Source of the DNA: Candidatus Omnitrophota bacterium
Lineage (GTDB): Bacteria > Omnitrophota > Gorgyraeia > 1-14-0-20-64-10
Length of the DNA: 64,000 nt
NCBI GenBank assembly: GCA_023818695.1
Contig: JAMWCF010000001.1
Location: forward strand, 147,306 to 211,305
Reading direction: 5' to 3'
In this document: piece by piece, positions 43,882 to 52,330 of the stretch
Position numbering within the stretch: the first letter of the stretch is position 1
Layout: every line of letters begins with the position of its first letter
Program-made: the position numbers and the translations under genes
The notes under the pieces: generated by a model
The model's input: the letters and a program-made list of their open reading frames with translations, nothing else
Told to the model about the DNA's origin: nothing
Databases searched by the model: none

Positions 43882-45690
43882 ATGAATCCTGCGCCGACAT
43901 GTAAAAACCGATCGGCGGCCGGAATCGTTTTTCTTTCCATGCTGCTATTTTCCACCGTGACGGTGTCATTCCTTTTTTCAGATGCGGAGGAGGTGCCGGT
44001 TTCAATCATTGACCCGGCCGTCCAGATCGAGCAGGGAGGGATCGTCATCCGCAGGGAGGCGAAGGAACAGGCCTATTATCTGGTGACCTACCTGTATGAC
44101 GACCATATCTGGGGCAGGCGGATTTCAAAAGAAGGGAAGTTCGTTTCCCGCAGGCCGGTCAAGTTTCTGCGCTGGGAGATGAATCAGGGCGGTTGGGGTT
44201 ATATCCCGGCCGCCACCGCGGCGGAGCTGATCGATCCGAGCATCATCGAACCGGTTCCCGCGAAACGGTTTACCCGAAGGCCGCTCCTTTCCTCCGAGTC
44301 CGCGGCGGTTGTGGCCAAGAGCGATTTCGAATCGGCCACGTCGTTCCTTCAAGTTGGCAACACTCTTTACGGCGCCGATCCCCGGCAGGACCGGCTTTTG
44401 GCGGTTGATCTGGCAACGGGCCGCCTGGACCCGTCTCTGTGGGAGGATGGGATCTTTAAAAACCCTGATCTCCTGAAGGGCCCTTCGGCCATGACCCATG
44501 TCGGGACAACCCTCTTCGTTGTCGGCTCCCAGTCCCATAACGTGGTGGCCATTGACCTTCGGACCGGCGAGCCGGATAGGAAGAGCTGGAGGGGAGGGGT
44601 TTTCAAGGATGAAAACGTCCTCAAGGGGCCGTCTGCCATCCTTCAGGTGGGGGATAATCTCCTCGTTGCCGGAACGTTAAGCAATACGGTGGTGGCGATC
44701 GGTATCGAAAGGGGGACACTCAACCCGGGACTCCTCGGCGGTGGGGTTTTGCGTCATGGGTCGGTGAGCCAGCCGTCGGCCATTGTGCACATCGGGAACA
44801 CCCTATATGTGGCCGGGTTCCAAAGCAACATCATACTGGCCGCGGACCTGGATTCGGCAAGGCCGGCGCGGGGGAAGTTTGAGAACGGTGTTTTCAGGGA
44901 TGAATCGATTCTGCAGGGGCCTTCCGCCATGATCCACATCGGCGACACGATTTACGTGATCGGGACAAAGAGCAGCACCATCGTGGCGATCAATCCGGCG
45001 ACGGGCGGCCTGGACCGGAGCCGGTTTTCAGGCGGGGTTTACCGCTCCTCGCTGGGCCCGAAAAGCCCGGCTGCTTTCCTGACGATCGGCGATGTCGTTT
45101 ACGTCGTTGACTCCCAGAAGAGCACCCTCCTGGCCATCGACCGGTCAACCGGGGATCCGGTTCCCGGTTTGGCGGTGGATCCGGATTCCTTTTCCCGCTT
45201 CGTCCGCCTCTCCGGAGGCGCCGAGGGGCGGGAGGCGGATGAGGCGGTCGTTATCCTGCCGATCGAGACGGCTCTCCGGCGTCACGCCGAGTTGGCCCCG
45301 CAGATGCCCTTCGGCGCTTCGGCGGCGGTTTTTTTCAGGAGTTTGAAGATTCATGGATCCGCCGCGGCAGCTCCCCGCATCGCCCGGCTTCGCCAGATCC
45401 CCTCCCCGGAACTGGCGGCGGCCGATCTTCAGTTTGTCGGTCCGGAAGGGTTGAGTCCCTACGGGATCCTTGTGGTCGATACCGGCGCGGAGCCCCCTCC
45501 CGCTCCGTCCGTCCCCCGGGTGGCGGTTGTTGATCTGAAGGTCCTGCAGCCGACAGGCTTCCAGGAGGTCCTGGCGTCTGCCGTTTCTCAATGGGGAGGC
45601 GGTGGGGAAGCCGCCGTCGTCGGTTCAGGCCGTCTGAAGGACGGCCGCTCGGTCCTGTTCATCGGCTCTCCATCGTCAAACCGTCCCTGA
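43882..45690 (+). CDS. membrane-anchored or secreted beta-propeller repeat protein (YVTN/NHL-like blades), function unknown
   Basis: N-terminal hydrophobic anchor AAGIVFLSMLLFSTVTVSFLF. Six blades of about 49 aa follow, then an unassigned 160-aa C-terminal region. Confidence 0.7.
   Translation: MNPAPTCKNRSAAGIVFLSMLLFSTVTVSFLFSDAEEVPVSIIDPAVQIEQGGIVIRREAKEQAYYLVTYLYDDHIWGRRISKEGKFVSRRPVKFLRWEMNQGGWGYIPAATAAELIDPSIIEPVPAKRFTRRPLLSSESAAVVAKSDFESATSFLQVGNTLYGADPRQDRLLAVDLATGRLDPSLWEDGIFKNPDLLKGPSAMTHVGTTLFVVGSQSHNVVAIDLRTGEPDRKSWRGGVFKDENVLKGPSAILQVGDNLLVAGTLSNTVVAIGIERGTLNPGLLGGGVLRHGSVSQPSAIVHIGNTLYVAGFQSNIILAADLDSARPARGKFENGVFRDESILQGPSAMIHIGDTIYVIGTKSSTIVAINPATGGLDRSRFSGGVYRSSLGPKSPAAFLTIGDVVYVVDSQKSTLLAIDRSTGDPVPGLAVDPDSFSRFVRLSGGAEGREADEAVVILPIETALRRHAELAPQMPFGASAAVFFRSLKIHGSAAAAPRIARLRQIPSPELAAADLQFVGPEGLSPYGILVVDTGAEPPPAPSVPRVAVVDLKVLQPTGFQEVLASAVSQWGGGGEAAVVGSGRLKDGRSVLFIGSPSSNRP
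44332..45171 (+). repeat. six tandem repeats of about 147 nt (48-51 aa) encoding propeller blades
   Basis: Repeat units begin at aa 152, 203, 252, 300, 349 and 398. Consensus: GPSA[MI].[HQ][VI]G[NDT].[LI][YF]V.G..S..[IV][VL]AID...G......GGVF[KR]DE..L. Confidence 0.75.
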
Positions 45691-45705
45691 TGCTATAATT
45701 GTTGT

Positions 45706-46647
45706 ATGATTTCCCAACACTCGCCTTATCTGAAGCATATCTACGTCTGCGTCAACTGCAGGGAGACCGGGGCCTGCTGTGCCAACGCCGACGGGGAGGC
45801 GATCCGGGCCAAGCTCAAGGCGTTCGTCAATGACAACGGTTTAAAAGGGAAAGTCCGAGTCAGCGGTTCCGGATGCATGGACCTCTGTTCCAAGGGGGCC
45901 AACGTGATGGTTTACCCGGACCACCAGTGGTACGGCCGCGTGACCCTCGAGGGCGCGGATCGGATCATTGATGAGCATTTGAGGCCCCTGCTGGCCCACG
46001 CGGACCGCCAAAACGGCAAGACACCGATCCGGGCTTTTCTCTTCGATCTGGGAAACGTGCTGGTCCGTTTCGATCACATGATTTTCGCCAGGAAGGTGAC
46101 CTCCCGGACGAATGCTTCGCCGGATGAGCTCTTCCGCCTTTTTTACGATTCGCCGCTGGTGGCCGACCATGACCTCGGGAAATTAAGCTTCCAGGGTTTT
46201 TACGAGCGGCTGAAGGAAGCGGTTTCTTTGCAGGTCAGCTGCGATGAATTCAAGATGCTGTGGAACAGCATCTTCTCCGAGAACGCGGAGATGGTGTCGC
46301 TGGCCAGACAGCTGATGAAGCGCTACCCGTGCATCCTGGTTTCCAACACCAACCGGGCTCACTTCGATTACTGCCTCAACACCTACCCATTCCTGGAGGA
46401 GCTGACCGGATGGGTCCTTTCTTATGAGGTGGGTGTCTTGAAGCCCCATCCGGATTTTTACCGGCGGGCCCTCGAGCTGGCCGGTGTCGCCCCCTCCAAC
46501 GCCTTTTACATCGATGACCGGCAGGATTTGATTGATGCCGCCCACAGCCTGGGATTCCAGACCCACCGCTTCAGCGGAGATGTAAAGCCCCTGCTGAACG
46601 AATTGAAGGACAGGGGCATCGACCAGTCCCTCCTTCGACCCGTCTAA
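45706..46647 (+). CDS. fusion of thioredoxin-like [2Fe-2S] ferredoxin domain and YihX-like HAD phosphatase
   Basis: aa 1-95: HIYVCVNCRETGACC...GSGCMDLCSKGANVMVYPDHQWYG. aa ~108-313: FLFDLGNVLVRFD, LVSNTNRAHF, GVLKPHPDFY, YIDDRQDLIDAA. Confidence 0.8.
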   Translation: MISQHSPYLKHIYVCVNCRETGACCANADGEAIRAKLKAFVNDNGLKGKVRVSGSGCMDLCSKGANVMVYPDHQWYGRVTLEGADRIIDEHLRPLLAHADRQNGKTPIRAFLFDLGNVLVRFDHMIFARKVTSRTNASPDELFRLFYDSPLVADHDLGKLSFQGFYERLKEAVSLQVSCDEFKMLWNSIFSENAEMVSLARQLMKRYPCILVSNTNRAHFDYCLNTYPFLEELTGWVLSYEVGVLKPHPDFYRRALELAGVAPSNAFYIDDRQDLIDAAHSLGFQTHRFSGDVKPLLNELKDRGIDQSLLRPV

Positions 46648-46649
46648 CG

Positions 46650-48086
46650 GTGCTCGCGGCCCTTGAGACACTGCCGCCTCCGAAAAAGGCCGCTGTTCCC
46701 CTCTTTCCTGGATGGGCTGCCGCCTTAGGTCCCGGTATTGTCTGGTTGGCCCTTGCCCAGGGCAGCGGGGAGCTGATCTGGTGGCCCTCTATGGTCGCCA
46801 AATATGGTCTGGCTTTTCTTTTCCTTCTGATCCCGGCTTGTCTGCTCCAGCTTCCCATTAACTATCATATCGGCTACTACACGCTGGCGACAGGCGAGTC
46901 GATCTTCCAGGGGTTTATCCGCTTCAACCGCTGGTTCGCGCTGTTCCTATGGCTGTTGATGACGGTGGCCTTCTTCTGGTTCGGGGCCTTCGCGTCGGCC
47001 GGAGGAACGGCGTTGGCGGCCCTCACCAATTTTCCGCAGGGCTGGACGGTTAAGGCGCAGACCTTCTTCTGGGCCTACGCGTCCATGGCCTTCTTCCTGG
47101 GGGCTTTGCTCTTGAGCCGAGTTGTTTATCGAGGCATCGAAAAGATCATGCTGCTGGTGTCCGTCGTGACCGTCCTGGGACTTCTGGGATCTTGCACACA
47201 CCCATCGGTCCTTCGGGTGATGCCGGACTTCATGGCCGGTCTGGTCCGGCCCGTTTGGCCTGCGGGAAGGGTCTGGGATCCGTCCGATGCCACCTTGCTG
47301 CTGACGGCCATTACATTCGCCGGCTTGGGAGGATTCTGGACTCTCTTCTATTCCTACTGGCTGCGGGAAAAAGGGGCCGGCATGGCGGCTATGATGGGAC
47401 ACATCACCAGCCCGATTACAGGCCGGCCGGAGAAGATCGCGTTAAGCGGCGCTGTCGCGCAGGAGGGGCCGTTTCTGGTTGAGCGCTGGAGACCCTGGAG
47501 GAGGTTTCTCATCGTCGACAGCGGCGTCGGAATTCTCGGGAACATTCTCACCACACTGATGACCTGCCTGCTAGCCTTCGCGGTCCTGCATCCGGAGGGT
47601 CTTGTGCCGAAAGATTACGAGCTGGCGGTCGTCCAGAGCAGGTTCTTTGAAATCCAGTGGGGTGCGGCCGGCCGGGCCCTGTTTCTGGTCGTGGCAGCGG
47701 CGTTCATGTCGGACACGTGGTTGGCCACGGTGGACGCGGTCAGCCGGATCAACACCGACGTGCTGGTCAGCCTGTTTCCGGCGGCGCGCCGGATCTCCAT
47801 CCGGAGTTGGTATTACCTATGGGTGGCCTGGCTGACGGCGGTGACGTCGGTGACCATGCTGTTTCAGACGCCGGGGATTCTGATTCTGCTTTCGGCGGTG
47901 ATTGGGTTTGCGGGGACAGTGCTGTTTACCGGCGCCTTGTTCGGGATCAGCTTCCGGCTTCTTCCTGCGATGCTTCCGGTGGCTTTGCGCCCGGGCCGTA
48001 TTGCCTGGACGGGACTGGCGGTTTCCTACGCGGCTTATCTGGTACTGGCCGCCGCCTACCTCTGGACCCTCTTCAGCCGGCCCTAA
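46650..48086 (+). CDS. Nramp-superfamily-like polytopic membrane transporter
   Basis: About 11-12 TM. N-terminal LGPGIVWLALAQGSGELIWWP resembles Nramp-related families. GTG start 2 nt after the upstream stop. Confidence 0.5.
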   Translation: MLAALETLPPPKKAAVPLFPGWAAALGPGIVWLALAQGSGELIWWPSMVAKYGLAFLFLLIPACLLQLPINYHIGYYTLATGESIFQGFIRFNRWFALFLWLLMTVAFFWFGAFASAGGTALAALTNFPQGWTVKAQTFFWAYASMAFFLGALLLSRVVYRGIEKIMLLVSVVTVLGLLGSCTHPSVLRVMPDFMAGLVRPVWPAGRVWDPSDATLLLTAITFAGLGGFWTLFYSYWLREKGAGMAAMMGHITSPITGRPEKIALSGAVAQEGPFLVERWRPWRRFLIVDSGVGILGNILTTLMTCLLAFAVLHPEGLVPKDYELAVVQSRFFEIQWGAAGRALFLVVAAAFMSDTWLATVDAVSRINTDVLVSLFPAARRISIRSWYYLWVAWLTAVTSVTMLFQTPGILILLSAVIGFAGTVLFTGALFGISFRLLPAMLPVALRPGRIAWTGLAVSYAAYLVLAAAYLWTLFSRP

Positions 48087-48865
48087 TACCGTTCGATCTG
48101 CGTCAGCAGGATATAGCTCAAATAATCCTTGCCGGCGATGGCCCGCAGCGCCCCCAGCTGTCTCCTGCGGAAGGTCAGCCGGCTGATACGGATCTCCTCC
48201 AGCGCGGCTTCCACCTTGTAAAACCGAAGGTAGTACAAATCAATCACCTGACGCTGCTTGGGCGGCAGCATTTGGACGACGCGGGTGACCCGGTGATGGT
48301 GGAACTCGTTCAGGAACCGGTAGGGGATGCAACGGAGGTAAGAATAGGGAGTCAGGAGCCGTTGCCTGCCGTCGGGCGGCTCCTCCATCGACTGGTAAGA
48401 CCGCAGGATGGTCGGCCACAGCTGCTGCCTGATGTAATTCCCGAACAGCCGGACTTCGACATGAGCGGGAAACTCCAGCAGACACGATTTAAAGCACTTG
48501 TGAACAAGCGAATGGAATTCTTTTTCACCAAAAACCTTGTAGTCTCCCCTGCAGTACCGCTTCTCATCCGGAGATCGGGGGATAAAGCGGCATCCCTGCA
48601 TGGAGAGCAGGTATTCCCAGCAGGAGAGCCCCCATTGGATCATCGGCTGAAAGAGATGGACCAGCTCCCCGTAGGCCGTCCCGAAGCCGGGTTCATCTGC
48701 TTGCCGGCGGCAGAGCAGGGCCCGGCGGGCCAGAGCAGCGATCCTCTTTCTCTGTTTCGGCAGGGGCGGGAGGGAAGGACGGCGGAAGACGCGCGGCATG
48801 GCGATATCCAGTGCGGGCGTTTCCTCCTGAACAGCAGCCGATATTTCGTCCGTTAATCGGATCAT
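48083..48865 (-). CDS. divergent sigma-70-family-like protein (region-4 HTH at C-terminus), 260 aa
   Basis: ATG 48865 (MIRLTDEIS...). C-terminus LPPKQRQVIDLYYLRFYKVEAALEEIRISRLTFRRRQLGALRAI resembles sigma region 4. The upstream half of the 492-aa track ORF overlaps a better plus-strand gene and is rejected. Confidence 0.55.
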   Translation of the reverse strand: MIRLTDEISAAVQEETPALDIAMPRVFRRPSLPPLPKQRKRIAALARRALLCRRQADEPGFGTAYGELVHLFQPMIQWGLSCWEYLLSMQGCRFIPRSPDEKRYCRGDYKVFGEKEFHSLVHKCFKSCLLEFPAHVEVRLFGNYIRQQLWPTILRSYQSMEEPPDGRQRLLTPYSYLRCIPYRFLNEFHHHRVTRVVQMLPPKQRQVIDLYYLRFYKVEAALEEIRISRLTFRRRQLGALRAIAGKDYLSYILLTQIERY

Positions 48866-48914
48866 GAGATTCAGGTGGCCTCTTCGGGAGACTATATCAT
48901 ATCCGGCGGGAGCG

Positions 48915-48943
48915 TTGACATGGGAAAACCGCTCCTGTAAGCT
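48915..48943 (+). promoter_or_regulatory. candidate sigma70-type promoter (TTGACA-17-TAAGCT) for the SirB1-like gene
   Basis: Perfect -35 hexamer, 17-nt spacer and a TAnnnT -10 box, 21 nt upstream of ATG 48965. Confidence 0.4.
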
Positions 48944-48964
48944 AAATGGACACGATTCCTTCAC

Positions 48965-49891
48965 ATGGCAGATGATCCGGCATTTCAAACCAATTTCCCG
49001 GCCCTGTTGAAACTCCTGGCAGACGACGACCCGAACATCGTCGCTTCCGCCAGGGCGAAGCTCCTGGAATACGGGGAGCAGGCGATCGCTCCGCTGGAAG
49101 CGGCCCTCAAAAAAGAGAAGGATCCGGCCCTCCAGAAGAAGATCGAGCAGACGATCAGGGAGATCCGCCTGGAGACCGTCACCCAGGAATGGCAAGGGTT
49201 TTCCTCCCTGCCTGACGATAAGCTGGATCTGGAAAAGGGGGTTTTCCTGCTGGCCAAGGTTTCCTATCCCGGCATGGACGCCAAGGGATACGGCCGCCGG
49301 CTCGATGAGATCGCCCATCAGGTCCGTTCGCGGATCCGGCCCTCGTCCCGTCTGAAGACCCAGCTGGGAATCCTCAATGACTACCTCTTCAAGCAGCAGA
49401 AGTTCAAGGGGAACTGGGACGATTACTTCGATCCGGAGAACAGCTTCCTGAACAGGGTCATGGACCGCAAGCTCGGCATCCCGATCTCCCTTTCCGTGCT
49501 GTACCTGCTGATCGCCAACCGTTTGAAGCTTCCCCTGAAAGGGGTCGGGATCCCCGGCCACTTCATGCTCAAATACGAGGGGGAGGGGGGCGAAGTCTAC
49601 CTGGATGCCTTCAACGAAGGACGGTTCCTGACCCGCTCGGAATGCATCCAGTTCATTGTGGAAGCGGGGTATCCTTACCAGCCGGAATTCATGAAAGGGG
49701 TGGGGGACAGGGAAATTCTGGCGAGGATGCTACGGAACCTGATCTTGATTTACATCGACCGTCAGGACGAACTTATGGAGAGGGTCTTCACCCGTTTCCT
49801 GAACCATCTGACCCCCGTCGATGACTCCGACTCGATGGGAGGGGCAACGGGTCTGGTTTCAGAAGAGACCCCGGAAGATCCTTTTGAATAA
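48965..49891 (+). CDS. transglutaminase-like / SirB1 (UPF0162) family protein with N-terminal HEAT-like segment
   Basis: DPENSFLNRVMDRKLGIPISLSVLYLLIANRLKLPLKGVGIPGHFMLKY. Confidence 0.7.
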   Translation: MADDPAFQTNFPALLKLLADDDPNIVASARAKLLEYGEQAIAPLEAALKKEKDPALQKKIEQTIREIRLETVTQEWQGFSSLPDDKLDLEKGVFLLAKVSYPGMDAKGYGRRLDEIAHQVRSRIRPSSRLKTQLGILNDYLFKQQKFKGNWDDYFDPENSFLNRVMDRKLGIPISLSVLYLLIANRLKLPLKGVGIPGHFMLKYEGEGGEVYLDAFNEGRFLTRSECIQFIVEAGYPYQPEFMKGVGDREILARMLRNLILIYIDRQDELMERVFTRFLNHLTPVDDSDSMGGATGLVSEETPEDPFE

Positions 49892-49907
49892 TCTCGAGAG
49901 GTCTCCC

Positions 49908-50756
49908 GTGAAGATCCGAATCGGCCACAGTCCGGATCCAGACGATGCGTTTCTTTTCTACGGTCTGACGCATGGCAAGGTCGCCGTGCCGGGCGTCAGC
50001 ATTTCCCACCTTCTGGAAGGGATCGAGGAACTCAATCAGAGGGCCCTGAAAGGGGAGCTTGAAATGAGCGCCATCTCTCTGCATGCTTATCCCTATGTAG
50101 CGGACAAGTACCTGCTGATGACCACAGGCGCCAGCATGGGGGAGGGATACGGCCCCGTAGTGATCAGTCGCGAACAGCTTTCGCCGGAGGATCTGAAGAA
50201 GGTCAGGGTCGCGGTTCCGGGGCGGCTGACCACCGCAGCCCTTCTGCTGCAACTGGCCGCCGGCCGGATTGGTTTTGAGATCATGCCATTCGACAGGATT
50301 CTGGCCGCCGTCGAAGAGGGGGCCGTGGAGGCTGGCGTGCTGATCCACGAAGGGCAGATCACCTATTCGAGCCGCGGTCTGAAAAAGGTGCTGGATCTGG
50401 GGGAATGGTGGCATGCCAGGACGGGCGGGTTGCCGGTTCCCCTGGGGGTCAACGTCCTGCGCAGGGATTTGGGAGAGAGTCTTTTGAGGGAGCTGGCCGC
50501 TGCTTTCAAAGCCAGCTTGGATTACGCCTTCGCTCACCGCGCGCAGGCCCTTGAGTATGCTGGACAGTGGGCGAGGGGATTGGATCCTCCGAACACCGAT
50601 AAGTTCGTCGGCATGTACGTCAACCGATGGAGCGTCGATTGCAGGCCGGACGGAGCGCGCGCCATGCAGAAACTGCTGGATTGGTCGGCCGAAGCGGGGT
50701 TGACCCCCGGGCCGGTCCGTCTGGAGTATGTGGAGGTGGAACATGCTGCGAGGTGA
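49908..50756 (+). CDS. mqnD: 1,4-dihydroxy-6-naphthoate synthase-like (MqnD, futalosine pathway; PF02621 family)
   Basis: Collinear resemblance to the Thermus MqnD as I recall it (IGHSPDPDDAFLFYGL, RVAVPGRLTTAALLL, VEAGVLIHEGQITY, LDLGEWWHARTGLPVPLG-like). GTG 49908 start. Confidence 0.7.
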   Translation: MKIRIGHSPDPDDAFLFYGLTHGKVAVPGVSISHLLEGIEELNQRALKGELEMSAISLHAYPYVADKYLLMTTGASMGEGYGPVVISREQLSPEDLKKVRVAVPGRLTTAALLLQLAAGRIGFEIMPFDRILAAVEEGAVEAGVLIHEGQITYSSRGLKKVLDLGEWWHARTGGLPVPLGVNVLRRDLGESLLRELAAAFKASLDYAFAHRAQALEYAGQWARGLDPPNTDKFVGMYVNRWSVDCRPDGARAMQKLLDWSAEAGLTPGPVRLEYVEVEHAAR

Positions 50757-51171
50757 AGGACCCCGCCTTTTCACGGTGGAGGAGGCTAACCGGCTTCTTC
50801 CGGATATCACAGAACAGCTCCATCATCTGCGGATGATCCAGGACCGGCTTTGGAAGGCGGAGAAGGACAAGGCGGTCGAGGAGCTGTCCTGGCTGCGCGA
50901 AGACGGCACTGTCAGCCCATCGGCCCAAAGAAACATCGAGCTGCTGGAACAGCGTTTGGAGCGGGCCGGCAAGGAATTTGAAGTGGCGCTGGAACAGTTC
51001 GCCGAGTCGGGGGCGCAATTGAAAGATTTGCAGTCGGGGCTGGTCGATTTCTTCACGGCCCGAGATGATTCCCTGGTTTTTTTGTGCTGGAAGGAGGGGG
51101 AGGACCGGATCCGGTTTTGGCACGAGATCGAGACCGGATTTGCTGGGTGCAGAGCTCTGAAGGAGTTTTAA
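50743..51171 (+). CDS. DUF2203 family protein
   Basis: N-terminus RLFTVEEANRLLPDITEQL is typical of DUF2203. ATG 50743 lies 6 nt after GGAGG and overlaps mqnD by 14 nt. Confidence 0.6.
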   Translation: MLRGEGPRLFTVEEANRLLPDITEQLHHLRMIQDRLWKAEKDKAVEELSWLREDGTVSPSAQRNIELLEQRLERAGKEFEVALEQFAESGAQLKDLQSGLVDFFTARDDSLVFLCWKEGEDRIRFWHEIETGFAGCRALKEF

Positions 51172-51177
51172 GGGCCG

Positions 51178-51912
51178 ATGAAGCTCCGGGGAAAGGTGGC
51201 GGTTGTCACTGGCGGCGCCAAAAGGATCGGCCGCCGCATTGCGCTGGCGCTGGCGTCGGAGGGATGCCATGTGGCGATCACCTACCGTTCTTCCGAGAAA
51301 GAAGCGCTGCAAACGGTTTCCATGATTCGGGGCCGGAAAGTCAAGGGGATGGCGGTCCGGGTCGACCAGCGCGATAAAGAGGAGGTCGAGGAAGCCGTCG
51401 GCTCGATCCTCCGCTCCTTCAAGAGGGTCGACATCCTCGTCAACAACGCCTCCTCTTTCTACCCGACACCGTTCGGCCGGGTCTCCGGTCGGTCATGGGA
51501 TGATCTCCTCCAGGCGAATCTGGAAGGGCCGTGGTGGTTTTCCCAGGCGCTGGGCCCGCTGATGAAACGCCGGGGGGCGGGGAAGATCGTCAACATCATC
51601 GACGTCTCGGTCTTCTCCCCCTGGAAGGAGTATCTGCCCTATTCCGTCGCGAAAGGAGGGCTGTTGACGCTGACGAGGGGGTTGGCGAAGGTCCTGGCAC
51701 CTGAAGTCCAAGTCAACGCCATCGCTCCCGGCCCGATCCTGTTGCCTCCGTCGGTCTCCCGGAAGGAAAAGGAGGCGGCCATCCGCAGAACCCTCCTGAA
51801 GAGATGCGGGACGCCTGACGACATCGCCCAGGCGGTCCTCTTCTTCGTCCAGGGGTCCGATTTCGTTACCGGCGTGCTCCTGCCGGTGGACGGAGGGCGC
51901 CTTCTTGCCTAA
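51178..51912 (+). CDS. SDR oxidoreductase, pteridine reductase/FolM-like
   Basis: VTGGAKRIGRRIA cofactor motif, NNASSFYPTPF and YSVAKGG catalytic Tyr-Lys. Confidence 0.75.
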   Translation: MKLRGKVAVVTGGAKRIGRRIALALASEGCHVAITYRSSEKEALQTVSMIRGRKVKGMAVRVDQRDKEEVEEAVGSILRSFKRVDILVNNASSFYPTPFGRVSGRSWDDLLQANLEGPWWFSQALGPLMKRRGAGKIVNIIDVSVFSPWKEYLPYSVAKGGLLTLTRGLAKVLAPEVQVNAIAPGPILLPPSVSRKEKEAAIRRTLLKRCGTPDDIAQAVLFFVQGSDFVTGVLLPVDGGRLLA

Positions 51913-52330
51913 AACCGGGGCTGCACCCAGGCGTCTTGTCGTGGCCGTCGCCGTCATCCAGAGGGGTCGGAAGGTGCTGATCACCCAGCGGATGTTGTCC
52001 GATTCCTTTGGGGGAATGTGGGAATTCCCGGGCGGCAAGAAGCAGGCGGGGGAGAGCTTGGAGCGCTGTCTGGTCCGGGAAATCAAAGAGGAACTGGGGC
52101 TTGCCATCCGGGTCGCTGGAAGGATCAATGTGGTGGAGCACCGGTACCCCACCTGCCTCATCCGGATGACCTGTTTCGACTGCCGCGTCCTGGCCGGCGA
52201 GCCCAAACCACTGGAATGCGCCGACCTGCGGTGGGTCCTGCCGGGGGAGCTTTCGAAATACCGGTTCCCGCCGGCCAGCGGACCGATCATCCGCCATTTG
52301 CTTCAAAAAGAGGCCTCCTGCAGTGAATGA
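51905..52330 (+). CDS. mutT: NUDIX hydrolase, MutT-like
   Basis: Nudix box GGMWEFPGGKKQAGESLERCLVREIKEELGL. Confidence 0.85.
   Translation: MPKTGAAPRRLVVAVAVIQRGRKVLITQRMLSDSFGGMWEFPGGKKQAGESLERCLVREIKEELGLAIRVAGRINVVEHRYPTCLIRMTCFDCRVLAGEPKPLECADLRWVLPGELSKYRFPPASGPIIRHLLQKEASCSE

Noticed and set aside
47657-48856. A 399-aa plus-strand ORF spanning the end of the transporter gene and the antisense of the sigma-like gene.
   Set aside because: It has a low-complexity P/R/G/Q-rich translation. It is out of frame with the transporter gene, which ends cleanly at 48086. The minus-strand product has a plausible HTH and a sensible start context. The call for this locus remains only moderate in confidence.
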